Positions 1 through 10,067 of a stretch of 61,753 bases of DNA are shown piece by piece. Origin of the DNA: Escherichia phage vB_EcoS_SA126VB; the sequence record OL960573.1, one strand, 5' to 3'. Below the pieces are notes generated by a model. That model worked only from the letters and a program-made list of their open reading frames with translations, was not told the origin of the DNA and made no database searches. Both the position numbers and the translations under genes were made by a program. Position 1 is the first letter of the stretch, and the number at the start of each line of letters is the position of its first letter.

Positions 1-8
1 GAGCTTCC

Positions 9-566
9 ATGAACGGGGCAAGTCAAGAGCAATATGATCGTGACTGGACGAACTATATCCAGTATGCAAATAGCTTGTCCGCTGACGAGATGGCAATACG
101 TGACAAAGTTGTTGCTGAGTATATGTTCGACTACAATTGGACTAACGCTTGCATGAGATGCGGGTTCAATGCTATGTTTGCACAGGAGCTTGGCCAACGC
201 TTTGCCACGGACTGTTACGTTCGATGGAAGCTCAAGGAGATTGAAAGATCCCGTGTTCAACGTACTTCTGAGCAAGCTAACATTGAAGCAGACCTTGAGC
301 GTCAGCATATCATTGAAGCATTAAAACGTGAAGCTCATTATACAGGACCGGGATCTTCTCAAGCTGCTAGAGTAGCTGCATTGGGCAAGCTTGCACAAAT
401 TTATGATTTGGATGCGCCCAAGAAGGCTAAAATTGATGTTACTAACAGAGGCGGCGTAATGATAGTCCCTGCTGTAGCAAATATTGACGAATGGGAAAAA
501 ACTGCATCCGAGTCTCAACAACGACTAGTTAAAGAGACTGAAGATGGAGCTAAACCGACAACCTGA
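9..566 (+). CDS. putative terminase small subunit (5' end may lie upstream of window)
   Basis: 185-aa ORF directly upstream of and overlapping the large terminase gene; call by position only, no diagnostic motif. Confidence 0.4.
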   Translation: MNGASQEQYDRDWTNYIQYANSLSADEMAIRDKVVAEYMFDYNWTNACMRCGFNAMFAQELGQRFATDCYVRWKLKEIERSRVQRTSEQANIEADLERQHIIEALKREAHYTGPGSSQAARVAALGKLAQIYDLDAPKKAKIDVTNRGGVMIVPAVANIDEWEKTASESQQRLVKETEDGAKPTT

Positions 567-2103
567 TAACATGCCGCGAGTAGTCTGGAAACCACATCCA
601 GGTTCACAGACACTCGCTCTATCCTGCCCCGCTGATATTATCCTATACCACGGTACTCGCGGTCCTGGAAAAACGGACTGCCAGCTTATGCGTTTTCGTA
701 AGAATGTTGGTGTAGGGTACGGTAAATTTTGGAAGGGTATTATATTCGACCGTGAATATAAAAACCTTGATGACCTTGTGACTAAATCCCAGCGTTGGTT
801 TCCTGAATTTAAAGACGGGGCTAAATTCCTTAGCTCTAAGTCTGATTATAAATGGGTTTGGCCTACTGGTGAAGAGCTACTGTTCCGCGTTGCTTGTAAA
901 GAAAAGGATTACTGGTCTTATCACGGTCATGAATACCCATTTATCGGATGGAACGAATTAACAAAATATCCGGACGGGCGTTTGTTTGAAGCAATGATGT
1001 CCTGTAACCGTTCATCATTCCTACCCGAAGATAATCCAATTATCAATCCGGACGGTACTGTTACATATTTACCAGATATTCCTCTGGAAGTGTTTGCTAC
1101 CAGTAACCCGTTTGGAGCGGGGCATAACTGGGTTAAGAAACGCTTCATTGACGCTGCACCGATGGGCAAAATACTCAGGAAAACTACGCGAGTGTTTAAC
1201 CCGCGGACGCAGAAAGAGGAAGATGTGGTTACGACGCAATGCCATATCTTTGGTTCGTACCGTGAAAACAAAAACCTAAGCCCAAAATATATTGCAGAGC
1301 TTATGTCCATCACAGACCCGAACAAACGCGCCGCATGGTTAGGCGGTAGCTGGGATATCACCTCCGGTGGTATGTTCGATGACCTGTGGCGTAGCACTGT
1401 TCACAAAGTACGACCATTCCCGATTCCAGCGAGTTGGAAGATTACACGTTCTTTCGACTGGGGTTCTTCAAAACCGTTCTCTGTCGGTTGGTGGGCTATT
1501 AGTGATGGTTCGGATGTTGTGCGTGAAGATGGCACTACATTCTCCACGGTCCGCGGTGACCTGTTTAGGATTAACGAATGGTATGGGACCAACGGTAAAA
1601 CAAACGAAGGTCTACATTTGCTGGACTCAGAAATTGCAAGCGGTATACTGGAGCGGGAATTGGCCTGGGGTATACACGATCGTGTAGTTCCTGGTCCTGC
1701 GGATAACTCCATTTGGGATCTGGAGAACAATAACTCCACCGCTGCAACAATGGCGAAGAAAATTCGTCTTAACGGGAAGTTATACAACGGTATACATTGG
1801 AAGCGCAGTGATAAGTCTGCTGGGTCACGTAAACGAGGCTGGCAGAAAATGCGTGAGTTCCTTAAAGCTGCACTGCGGGAAGATGCGAACGGTAAACCTT
1901 TGCCCGGTCCGCGCGAGAATCCGGCAATGTACATTTTTGATAACTGCAACTATTTCTTTGAGCTGGTTCCAAGTCTACCTCGCGATGAAGTAGATCAGGA
2001 CGACGTTGATACGGAATGTGAAGACCATATGGGTGATGAAGTTCGTTATATGGTTCTGGATCAAGCTGTTTATACAGGTGTTGGCAAAACTATCGGTATT
2101 TAA
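544..2103 (+). CDS. terL: terminase large subunit
   Basis: 519 aa; N-terminal P-loop-like YHGTRGPGKTD; size and position before portal; ATG at 544. Confidence 0.85.
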   Translation: MELNRQPDNMPRVVWKPHPGSQTLALSCPADIILYHGTRGPGKTDCQLMRFRKNVGVGYGKFWKGIIFDREYKNLDDLVTKSQRWFPEFKDGAKFLSSKSDYKWVWPTGEELLFRVACKEKDYWSYHGHEYPFIGWNELTKYPDGRLFEAMMSCNRSSFLPEDNPIINPDGTVTYLPDIPLEVFATSNPFGAGHNWVKKRFIDAAPMGKILRKTTRVFNPRTQKEEDVVTTQCHIFGSYRENKNLSPKYIAELMSITDPNKRAAWLGGSWDITSGGMFDDLWRSTVHKVRPFPIPASWKITRSFDWGSSKPFSVGWWAISDGSDVVREDGTTFSTVRGDLFRINEWYGTNGKTNEGLHLLDSEIASGILERELAWGIHDRVVPGPADNSIWDLENNNSTAATMAKKIRLNGKLYNGIHWKRSDKSAGSRKRGWQKMREFLKAALREDANGKPLPGPRENPAMYIFDNCNYFFELVPSLPRDEVDQDDVDTECEDHMGDEVRYMVLDQAVYTGVGKTIGI

Positions 2104-2114
2104 CTGGAGGGTAT

Positions 2115-3611
2115 ATGGGTATTGATGCAACTCACCCGCTATATGATAAGTGGAAGGGTGCATGGGTCAAGTGCAACGACTGCTATGAGGGTGAAGATAA
2201 AATTAAGGAAGAAGGTGTTAAATATCTACCGCCTTTAGCTTCCATGATTATTGATGGGATGAATAATCCTGATGATTTGGGCTTTCAACGTTGGCTCGCT
2301 TATCGTCTGCGTGCTAACTTCCCTGACGATTATTCAAGTGCGGTTACAAACAATTTAGGCCTGCTGCACCAGAAGCCTCCTACAATCCAGCTTCCACCTG
2401 AAATGGAATACATGCGGGAGCTGTGTACTGCGGACGGTGAAGACATTATTGCTCTGCTACGTCGCATCAATGAAATGCAGTTAAAAAATGGACGTTTGGG
2501 CCTGCTGCTGGACTTACCTAAAGGTGAGGATGTAAATAACAGACCTTATATTAGCGTTTATGATGCTTTATCCATTATTAACTGGGATGATGGTAAAGAT
2601 GAATTGGGCAATATCAACTTGAACATGGTTGTTCTGGATGAAAGCGGTCCTGTACGTGTCAATCAGTTTGACTGGAAAGAAGAGAAGCGTTATCGCGTTC
2701 TACAATTGGGTCCAATGGACACAGATGAAGTTGCAGGTGGGGCGGTCTACTCCCAACATCTGTTTATTAACAATACCAATTATGATGAAGGGCAAATGAT
2801 TGCTCCTTATTATAAAGGTAATACGCTGGATGAAATTCCTTTCCAGTTTGTCAATACAACAGATATTACCCCAGCACCGGAAGCGCCGCCATTGTTGGGT
2901 CTTGCTAACATTTGTCTAAGCATGTACCGAAGTGACGCGGATTACCGCCAAAGCTTGCATATGCAGGGTCAGGACACCTTAGTCGTTGTTGGTGGTACTG
3001 GGGAGAATGGGGATAAAGCCCCTCAACGCATTGGCCCTGGCGCTGTCATTAACGTTGCTATTGGTGGTGACGCTAAATATGTAGGTGTTAGCGGTGACGG
3101 TTTGTCCGAGCAACGTCTCGCACTAGCTGCGGATAAGCAAGAAGCCCAAATTAAAGCCGGGCAAATGGTAAACAACACCAAGAGCACGCAGGAATCAGGC
3201 GAAGCTATGAAAACGCGTATTGCTGCGCGTACAGCTAGCCTGATTCGAATTGCGTATACTGGTGCGGCAGGTTTGGAAAACTTGCTGAAGGTTTGCGCTA
3301 AATGGATGGGTGCTGATCCAGAGAAAGTTGTGGTTAAGCCTAATCTTGAATTTACCAAGAGCATGTTTAACGGTCAGGACTTTGTTCAAATTATTACTGC
3401 ACGCAACCTTAAGGCTCCGATCAGCTTGCAGTCTATTCATGGCTGGCTTGTTGATCAGGGCTTAACCACACTAAGCTTTGAAGAAGAAATGGCAATTCTT
3501 GAGGAAGAGCTTAAGAAGTGGCCTCTGCCCGATGATGCTAAGGCTGATTTAAACGCAGAGCAGCAAGTAAACAAAGATCCTAAGGAAGACAACGCTTCCG
3601 ATAAAGAATAG
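2115..3611 (+). CDS. portal protein
   Basis: 498 aa directly after terL; GGAGGG RBS before ATG 2115; canonical position. Confidence 0.75.
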   Translation: MGIDATHPLYDKWKGAWVKCNDCYEGEDKIKEEGVKYLPPLASMIIDGMNNPDDLGFQRWLAYRLRANFPDDYSSAVTNNLGLLHQKPPTIQLPPEMEYMRELCTADGEDIIALLRRINEMQLKNGRLGLLLDLPKGEDVNNRPYISVYDALSIINWDDGKDELGNINLNMVVLDESGPVRVNQFDWKEEKRYRVLQLGPMDTDEVAGGAVYSQHLFINNTNYDEGQMIAPYYKGNTLDEIPFQFVNTTDITPAPEAPPLLGLANICLSMYRSDADYRQSLHMQGQDTLVVVGGTGENGDKAPQRIGPGAVINVAIGGDAKYVGVSGDGLSEQRLALAADKQEAQIKAGQMVNNTKSTQESGEAMKTRIAARTASLIRIAYTGAAGLENLLKVCAKWMGADPEKVVVKPNLEFTKSMFNGQDFVQIITARNLKAPISLQSIHGWLVDQGLTTLSFEEEMAILEEELKKWPLPDDAKADLNAEQQVNKDPKEDNASDKE

Positions 3612-3706
3612 TTGCAACTTCCAAGTTGATTGGTTTATATTAACGAACACGGGGCTGGGACGGCTCAGCTCCAAAAACGTCACACGGGTGACAACGGAGA
3701 TAAGAA

Positions 3707-4579
3707 ATGAAAAAGAGTTCTGTAGCTATTAGTGTTGGTATGGCTTTAATTAATCCACGCGCTCGCGGTGAAGGTGATGTGGAACTGGAATACGAATATG
3801 CATCTGCGGAAGAGATCCCGGCAGAGTTTGCAACTCTTTACGCAGAGCAGGGCGGTAAATACGTTCTTGCAAAAGTTAAAGGTGTAGCCCCTGCTGATAG
3901 CGTTCGTCGTCTGGAAAGTGCGTTAGCTAAAGAACGTAACGACCATCGTCAGGTGAAGCAACAGATTAGCGCACTTGGGCGTCCGGTTGAAGAAGTCCTT
4001 GCGGACCTTGATCGTATCCCTCAACTGGAAGCTGCCGCTAACGGTAAAGGTACTCCGGAAGACATCGAAAAGATGGTTAAAGCCCGTCTTGCTCCGCTCG
4101 AGCGTCAATTACAAACTGTAGCAGCTGAACGCGATTCCGTTAAGCAGGAAATTGAAGGCTACCGCACTCGCGAAACTAAAGCGAAAATTAAAGACGCAGT
4201 TATTGCTGCTGCATCCGGTGCTAAGCTGCGTCCGTCTGCTATCGAAGATGCGGTGACTTATGCACAGTTGCAAATGACCGTCGACGAGAACGGCAATGTG
4301 GTTACGAAAGATGGGGCTGGTGTAACTCCATACCTGACTCCGGCTGATTGGCTGAACGAAATCCTTCCGAAACGTCCGCACTGGGTTGAAGGATCTGCTG
4401 GTGGCGGTGCGTCTGGTCCGGGCGCTGGCGGTCATCACGGTGAAGACCCATACAGTCACGACGGTTGGAACATCTCTAAGCAGATGAATCTCTGGAAAAC
4501 TAATCAATCTTTAGCTAAACGCTTAGCTGAAAAGAATGGCGTAGACCCGCTGAAGCCTGTACGTCCTGCTAAGAAATAA
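3707..4579 (+). CDS. putative scaffolding protein
   Basis: 290 aa, charged helical sequence between portal and major capsid genes; GGAGA RBS. Confidence 0.5.
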   Translation: MKKSSVAISVGMALINPRARGEGDVELEYEYASAEEIPAEFATLYAEQGGKYVLAKVKGVAPADSVRRLESALAKERNDHRQVKQQISALGRPVEEVLADLDRIPQLEAAANGKGTPEDIEKMVKARLAPLERQLQTVAAERDSVKQEIEGYRTRETKAKIKDAVIAAASGAKLRPSAIEDAVTYAQLQMTVDENGNVVTKDGAGVTPYLTPADWLNEILPKRPHWVEGSAGGGASGPGAGGHHGEDPYSHDGWNISKQMNLWKTNQSLAKRLAEKNGVDPLKPVRPAKK

Positions 4580-4580
4580 G

Positions 4581-4609
4581 TTGACATCCCGACGTCCCTG
4601 ATGTTAAGT
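4581..4609 (+). promoter_or_regulatory. sigma70-like promoter (TTGACA-17-TTAAGT) upstream of major capsid gene
   Basis: TTGACA at 4581-4586, 17-nt spacer, TTAAGT at 4604-4609; overlaps a 9-bp inverted repeat (CCCTGATGT/ACATCAGGG). Confidence 0.35.
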
Positions 4610-4701
4610 TTCAACACATCAGGGACACGGGTTCCTAAACAGCCTTCCACGGGGAAAGGCTACCAACAGTAAACAAATCAATCCTTTTCCTGGAGACAAG
4701 T

Positions 4702-5763
4702 ATGTCTAAATCTAAAATTATTCTACCATTTGGTCGTGGTGAAACTGACCTGACTCGTTTGAAGGATGTCATTGTCCCTGAGATCTTCACTGGTTATGTG
4801 CAGACGCAGACCGCCGAACTTTCTGCTCTGATCCAATCCGGTGCGGTTGTAATGGACGAGCGTTTATCTGCTAACCTTGCTGGTGCAGGTCTGACTTTTA
4901 ACGAGCCGTTCTATAACGACCTGAAAGATGAAGACGAAGATATCGCGGTTGATAAAGGCGATCCGTCCAAACCGTCTAACATTACTACCGGATCTGAAGT
5001 TCAGGTTCGTATGAGTCGTTCAAAATCCTGGGGTTCTGCGGATCTGGTATCTGCTTTGATCGGTAACGACCCAATGACCGCTATCGGTAACCGCGTGTCT
5101 GCGTGGTGGGTTCGCCGTCTGCAAGCTGCATACATCGCAACCTGGAAAGGCGTATTTGCTAATGCGAAGAAATCCCATAACGATGATCTGACGTTCGATA
5201 TTTCCGGTTCTTCATTTGTAAACAACCAGACCAACTTTACCGCGTCTAACTTCATCAACGCAACTGCAACGATGGGTGATGCTGCTCGCGGTCTGACTAT
5301 GATTATGGTACACTCTACCGTTCGTAACCGTATGCGTCAGTTGAACCTGATCGACTTCATTCCGGATGCTCGCGGTGAAACTCAGTTTGAGTATTATCAG
5401 GGCCTGCGTATTATCGAAGACGACTCCATGCCACACGATCCGTCTACTGGTGTGTTTGAAAGCTGGCTGTTCGGCCCGGGCGCAACTGCAATGGGTGCTG
5501 GATCACCGAAAGTTCCGACCGCTGTGGTGCGTGACGAAGCCGCTAACCAAGGCGCTGGTGAAGAAGTTCTTCACAACCGTGTTGAATGGATTCTGCATCC
5601 GGTTGGCCATGCTTGGGCTGCTGCTCAAACTGCTAAAGGTGGTCCGTCTAACGCTGCTACCACTAACAACCTGGCCCATGAAGATTCCTGGCGTCGTGCG
5701 TTCCCTGAGCGCAAGCAGCTTAAAGTTGCACGCCTGATTACTCGTGAGTATCAGGGTTCCTAA
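4702..5763 (+). CDS. major capsid protein
   Basis: 353 aa after scaffold gene, GGAGA RBS, followed by strong terminator; typical capsid size and position. Confidence 0.75.
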   Translation: MSKSKIILPFGRGETDLTRLKDVIVPEIFTGYVQTQTAELSALIQSGAVVMDERLSANLAGAGLTFNEPFYNDLKDEDEDIAVDKGDPSKPSNITTGSEVQVRMSRSKSWGSADLVSALIGNDPMTAIGNRVSAWWVRRLQAAYIATWKGVFANAKKSHNDDLTFDISGSSFVNNQTNFTASNFINATATMGDAARGLTMIMVHSTVRNRMRQLNLIDFIPDARGETQFEYYQGLRIIEDDSMPHDPSTGVFESWLFGPGATAMGAGSPKVPTAVVRDEAANQGAGEEVLHNRVEWILHPVGHAWAAAQTAKGGPSNAATTNNLAHEDSWRRAFPERKQLKVARLITREYQGS

Positions 5764-5794
5764 GGCTTCACTCAACGCCGCGCTGTAGTATTTT

Positions 5795-5822
5795 GGGGAC
5801 ATCTTATGTCCCCTCTTTTTTA
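5795..5822 (+). terminator. rho-independent terminator after capsid gene
   Basis: GGGGACAT-ctt-ATGTCCCC stem followed by TCTTTTTT. Confidence 0.7.
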
Positions 5823-5833
5823 GGAGAACAACC

Positions 5834-6157
5834 ATGCGTTATCAACGTTATGAGCGACATGACTTGATGGAAAAATCGTTGCAGGTGGAGCCAATTTCGA
5901 TTACTCTCAATCCTGCTACGATTGACACCACAACTTCAGAAGTAAAAACGGTTACTGTTAAAATAAACTTTGTCCCAGGCGGAACTACAAACAAAGCGTA
6001 TAGCGCGTCAGTTGACGGTTCCTCTGCTACAATTAAAGACAACGGGGACGGTACAATTACTGTGACCACAACCGAAAGCAGTGGTACTTCAAACTTGACA
6101 GTAACGTCCAAGGCAAAGGATAGTGTTACTGGTACATGTGTTATTAATGTGACCTAA
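5834..6157 (+). CDS. Ig-like (Big_2-type) domain protein, possible head decoration protein
   Basis: 107 aa, Thr/Ser-rich beta-strand pattern (TVTVKINF..TITVTTTE..LTVTSKAKD) typical of bacterial Ig-like domains; AGGAGAA RBS. Confidence 0.5.
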   Translation: MRYQRYERHDLMEKSLQVEPISITLNPATIDTTTSEVKTVTVKINFVPGGTTNKAYSASVDGSSATIKDNGDGTITVTTTESSGTSNLTVTSKAKDSVTGTCVINVT

Positions 6158-6173
6158 AAATAAGGATTAAACA

Positions 6174-6827
6174 ATGAAGACATTAATTGAAGCATTGTTA
6201 GAACTTGATCCGGATAACCCGAATCATTGGACTAGCGACGGTCTACCTAAAGTTGACGCTCTGCGTTTCGCTACCGCTAACCCGTCTTTAACTCGCGACG
6301 ATATTACAACTGCTGCTCCGCTGTTTACCCGCGATAACCGCGTGCTGGAAGAGCCCGAGTCAGTGGAACCTGTTAAATCTGCTGACCCAGTTTTACATGA
6401 AGCAGTTAAACAGGAGAAAGCTCATGAAGAACAAAAGAAAGTCGCGGTTGCAACGATGCAAATCGAAGTTAAGATTAGCGAAGCACTGCGTGCTCTTCTG
6501 GAGCCGGAAAAAATCGGTGACACTTCCAGCCTAAGCGATGAAGAGCTGAAAGCGAAGCGTGAAAAGCTTAGCAATGTGGTTAAAGAGATTGCCCACACTA
6601 AGCACGCGTTGGAGCTCGCTATCGCAGACGTTCAAGCGGATCTGGATAAGATTATCGTTGAGCAGGAGCGTCGTCGTCCTAAGTCCGGTCTTACTGCAAC
6701 TCAGATGTATCTTGAAGCGCAGAAAAAACGTAAACCGGAAGACATGCTTTCTGACCATCGCTTCCAGAACCCTATTGACGATCCTGTCGCCCGTATGGTT
6801 GCACGTAATATGATGCGTCGAGGTTAA
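6174..6827 (+). CDS. hypothetical head-module protein
   Basis: 217-aa ORF with AAGGA RBS, in head module. Confidence 0.45.
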   Translation: MKTLIEALLELDPDNPNHWTSDGLPKVDALRFATANPSLTRDDITTAAPLFTRDNRVLEEPESVEPVKSADPVLHEAVKQEKAHEEQKKVAVATMQIEVKISEALRALLEPEKIGDTSSLSDEELKAKREKLSNVVKEIAHTKHALELAIADVQADLDKIIVEQERRRPKSGLTATQMYLEAQKKRKPEDMLSDHRFQNPIDDPVARMVARNMMRRG

Positions 6828-6881
6828 CCATGGAAATGAGCCATAGACAATATGTGTTGTGGCTCCTCCGACGTAATAGAA

Positions 6882-6910
6882 AACGGCGTCAAGAAGACGC
6901 CGTTTCTGTT
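6882..6910 (+). terminator. stem-loop, possible attenuator or weak terminator
   Basis: AACGGCGTC-aagaa-GACGCCGTT followed by TCTGTT. Confidence 0.4.
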
Positions 6911-6965
6911 CCTGAAGAAGAGCTCCCGCCACTTATCCCTACAACCATCGCAATGAGGAAGAAAG

Positions 6966-7472
6966 ATGGAGATTCCACTGATAGTTGAAGATGGTACTGG
7001 TGTACCGGACGCCAACAGTTATGTCACCATTGAACAAGTCCGCATGTATGCCGCAATGCGAGGTATTGTACTTCCAAGTGAAGACGAAGATCTAAAGACA
7101 AAGATCTTTGACGCTATGGATTTTGTGGAAGGGTACAGCCAACGCTTTAAAGGTTATAAAATTGACCCACAGCAACCGCTAAATTGGCCACGCTACGGGG
7201 TGTTTGTGGATGGGTTCGAGCTACCCCAAAGCCCCTTACCAAAGGCGCTTATAAACGCTGTTTGCCAGCTTACAGCGGACTCAGCTACTAGCGGTCCTCT
7301 TAATGGGAAAACTACTGCATATGCAGTCAAAAGAACTAAAGTAGAAGGTCTTGAGATTGAATACGCAACTGGTAGCACAGCACAGTCAGGTCCAGCAAAA
7401 ACATATGATAAAGCTATGACGTTTTTATCACCTTTGCTGGGTTATCAAATGGGTAATAGATTGATACGGTGA
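6966..7472 (+). CDS. putative head-tail connector/adaptor protein
   Basis: 168 aa, position after head genes, GAGGAAG RBS; call by synteny. Confidence 0.45.
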   Translation: MEIPLIVEDGTGVPDANSYVTIEQVRMYAAMRGIVLPSEDEDLKTKIFDAMDFVEGYSQRFKGYKIDPQQPLNWPRYGVFVDGFELPQSPLPKALINAVCQLTADSATSGPLNGKTTAYAVKRTKVEGLEIEYATGSTAQSGPAKTYDKAMTFLSPLLGYQMGNRLIR

Positions 7473-7475
7473 TTT

Positions 7476-7856
7476 ATGAGCTTTCCTTACGAGCAGCTAG
7501 TTGAAGCTGCAAAGCAAATGATCAACGATGCTGGTGTTAACTGTACCCTTGTTGTTATGGAGCAAGGGGAAGGTCAAGATGAATGGGACGATCCGAGCGT
7601 TGAAAAACGATACCCATTCATTGGAGCTTTCCTTTCACCGAAGGAAAAGATGATTGGCGGCAGTCTTGTTTCTGCTGGTGAGCTGAAAGTGTTGACTTAC
7701 CCAATGACACCTCCATTGACTCGCGATAAAGCAATGACTGCACGCATTGAGCGTGTGTCACCGGATGGGGAACTGGAAGTGTGGACAATAAATGAGTTTG
7801 TTGATACACGACCAGCTAACGTTTCTGTTCTTTACACTTTTAAGGTGACGCGATAA
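7476..7856 (+). CDS. putative head closure/head-tail joining protein
   Basis: 126 aa, tightly packed in neck module; synteny. Confidence 0.4.
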   Translation: MSFPYEQLVEAAKQMINDAGVNCTLVVMEQGEGQDEWDDPSVEKRYPFIGAFLSPKEKMIGGSLVSAGELKVLTYPMTPPLTRDKAMTARIERVSPDGELEVWTINEFVDTRPANVSVLYTFKVTR

Positions 7857-8263
7857 TGGGATTCGGGGCGGATATTCGACGTGCAAGTCAGAAGGTACTT
7901 GTTCAGACAAGCGAGCAGGCCAAAAAAGTCGTTGTCAAGTTCACAGAGAACGTGATACAGGATACTCCTGTTAAGACCGGACGCACAAAAGGTGGTTGGC
8001 GGTCATCCATTGGTGCTCCGTATGCAACGGAAACTATCCGCCTCGATCCTACTGGAGAGATGGCTAAAGCTGAAGCCCGAGTTGTTGCACGCCAACTACC
8101 TAATGATAAAGACTGGACTTTCTACTTTAGCAACTTAAGCCCGTATGCTCCGAAACTTGAATATCTTGGTTGGTCGCAGCAAGCGCCAAATGGCATGGTG
8201 CGTATTAACGTAGCGAAGCTTCCAATGTTAATACGCCAAGCTATTGTAGAAGGAAAACTATAA
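7856..8263 (+). CDS. putative neck/tail terminator protein
   Basis: 135 aa, ATG overlaps previous stop; synteny. Confidence 0.4.
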   Translation: MGFGADIRRASQKVLVQTSEQAKKVVVKFTENVIQDTPVKTGRTKGGWRSSIGAPYATETIRLDPTGEMAKAEARVVARQLPNDKDWTFYFSNLSPYAPKLEYLGWSQQAPNGMVRINVAKLPMLIRQAIVEGKL

Positions 8264-8712
8264 TGCTGGGATACGATTTTATCAATGACGCATTTAATAA
8301 GATGCTACGCGAAGCCGTTGGACCGGATATAGGTATAGCGTGGAAGAACAAGAAGTTTACACCTAAAGCGAATCAGATGTGGTTAAAGGCAATCAATGCA
8401 CCTGCATCCACATACGCGGCAACGTTAGGTGATAACGGTCTGAATGAAATTCCAGGCTTCTACCAAATCACAGTATATAGTCCTTTAAACACTGGAACGT
8501 CTAAGCAGAATCAAATCTTGGATTCTATTCGGAAAAAGTTTAAACTGGGCTTGCGTATCCCGTGCCCGGATGACCACACGTTACGGATTGTCAGTTTAGA
8601 CTTTTCGCAAGGTGGACAAACTTCGCTGAACGATTTTACCAAAGGCGGGGTTGAAGATAACTGGGACGTTAACTTTATCACAATCTATTGGTCGGCTCGT
8701 GAGCCGAGGTAA
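8263..8712 (+). CDS. putative tail completion protein
   Basis: 149 aa, ATG overlaps previous stop; synteny. Confidence 0.4.
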   Translation: MLGYDFINDAFNKMLREAVGPDIGIAWKNKKFTPKANQMWLKAINAPASTYAATLGDNGLNEIPGFYQITVYSPLNTGTSKQNQILDSIRKKFKLGLRIPCPDDHTLRIVSLDFSQGGQTSLNDFTKGGVEDNWDVNFITIYWSAREPR

Positions 8713-8726
8713 GAGAGGATCTAAAT

Positions 8727-9650
8727 ATGGCTACAGGTTCACGTTATTCGTGTTACTACGTCAAAGAAGATGTAAGCAACACTACGCCAGCGAGCGCGAA
8801 GTTTACTCCGTTCCGTGTGACCAGTTCCGGTCTGGACATTAATATTGCAACGCTGGAATCTGAAGAACTGCGCGATGATGCGGAAACTGCGGACTTCCGC
8901 CTCGGTGCTCGCAGTGTTGAAGGTACAGTAACGGGCGAAATGTCCTTCGGCACCTTCGATGATCTTATTGCTGCTGCACTTCGTGGGGAGTGGCAAGACA
9001 ACGTCCTTAAAGGCGGTATTATCCGTCAGTCATTTACTTTCGTAGACTATAACGCAGATCTACCGTCAGGTAAATATACAATTTATCGCGGTTGCGAAGT
9101 TAATAGCATGACTTTCTCATTGTCTGCGGAAAACATGACCACAGTGGAATTCGGTATTGTTGGGCGCTCGATGGAAATTGCGGAATCGCTTCCATCTGGT
9201 GCAACTATCAAAGACCGTACAACTACGTCACCGATGGATGGTTTCTCCGGTCGCTTGCTGGAAAACAACGAAGAAATCAGCGTTATTACGGAAATCGGTC
9301 TTACCGTTGAAAACGATATTGCGCCACGCTTTGTTGTTGGTTCTAAGTTCTCCATTGAACCGTCCGCTGGTCGTCGTGCGGTAACTGGTACAGCTAACGT
9401 GTACTTCCTGGATAACAAGCTGCGTATGAAGTATCTGGATGAAGTGGAAACTTCAATCAAGTTTGATCTGATTGACCCAAGCAATCCGGAACAAAAATAC
9501 ACTGTGGAAATTCCTCGCGTGAAATTCACTGAAGCTCCGCGTCCTATTGACGGTGAAGGGGATATCATGCTTAATATGGGCTACCGCGGATTGCTGGACC
9601 CAGCAACCGCAAGTTCCATCAAAATTACCCGCGTTGTAGCGGGAGCCTAA
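8727..9650 (+). CDS. major tail (tube) protein
   Basis: 307 aa directly upstream of the chaperone and tape-measure genes; AGAGAGGAT RBS. Confidence 0.6.
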   Translation: MATGSRYSCYYVKEDVSNTTPASAKFTPFRVTSSGLDINIATLESEELRDDAETADFRLGARSVEGTVTGEMSFGTFDDLIAAALRGEWQDNVLKGGIIRQSFTFVDYNADLPSGKYTIYRGCEVNSMTFSLSAENMTTVEFGIVGRSMEIAESLPSGATIKDRTTTSPMDGFSGRLLENNEEISVITEIGLTVENDIAPRFVVGSKFSIEPSAGRRAVTGTANVYFLDNKLRMKYLDEVETSIKFDLIDPSNPEQKYTVEIPRVKFTEAPRPIDGEGDIMLNMGYRGLLDPATASSIKITRVVAGA

Positions 9651-9659
9651 GGATAAGAA

Positions 9660-10067
9660 ATGACCGACACCAAAAAAGCCAAAGTTGTAGTAGCTAAAAG
9701 CTTCCGTGATTTTAAAACTGTGAGCCGGGCTAACGACCCGGCAAACACTAAGCCAATGAATGTGGTTATTCCTGGTGTAGGCGACACTGGCGAAAAACTC
9801 TACATTCGTAGCCGCTACTGCACAGAGTATCGTGACGCGGAATTGAAAGCACAACGTCAACTGTTAGCACTTATGCAGGGCAAAGACGGTGAAGTAACAG
9901 ATGCTATGAAGGAAGACATCCTTACCCGTTCACTGTGCAACCTTGTAGCGGGATGGACGTTTGACGAGCCGCCAACTGTTGACAACGTGTTTGAGTTCTT
10001 AACGGAGAACCCAACTGTCCGAGAAGACCTTAACGTATTTGCCGCTAAAGATAGTAATTTTTTCTAA
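9660..10067 (+). CDS. tail assembly chaperone (G-like, frame-0 product)
   Basis: 135 aa between tail tube and tape measure; ends DSNFF* on a slippery run. Confidence 0.6.
   Translation: MTDTKKAKVVVAKSFRDFKTVSRANDPANTKPMNVVIPGVGDTGEKLYIRSRYCTEYRDAELKAQRQLLALMQGKDGEVTDAMKEDILTRSLCNLVAGWTFDEPPTVDNVFEFLTENPTVREDLNVFAAKDSNFF

Noticed and set aside
927-1949. Minus-strand ORFs of 156 and 182 aa inside the terminase large subunit gene
   Set aside because: Fully embedded antisense to a well-supported gene; sequences look non-protein-like and lack RBS.
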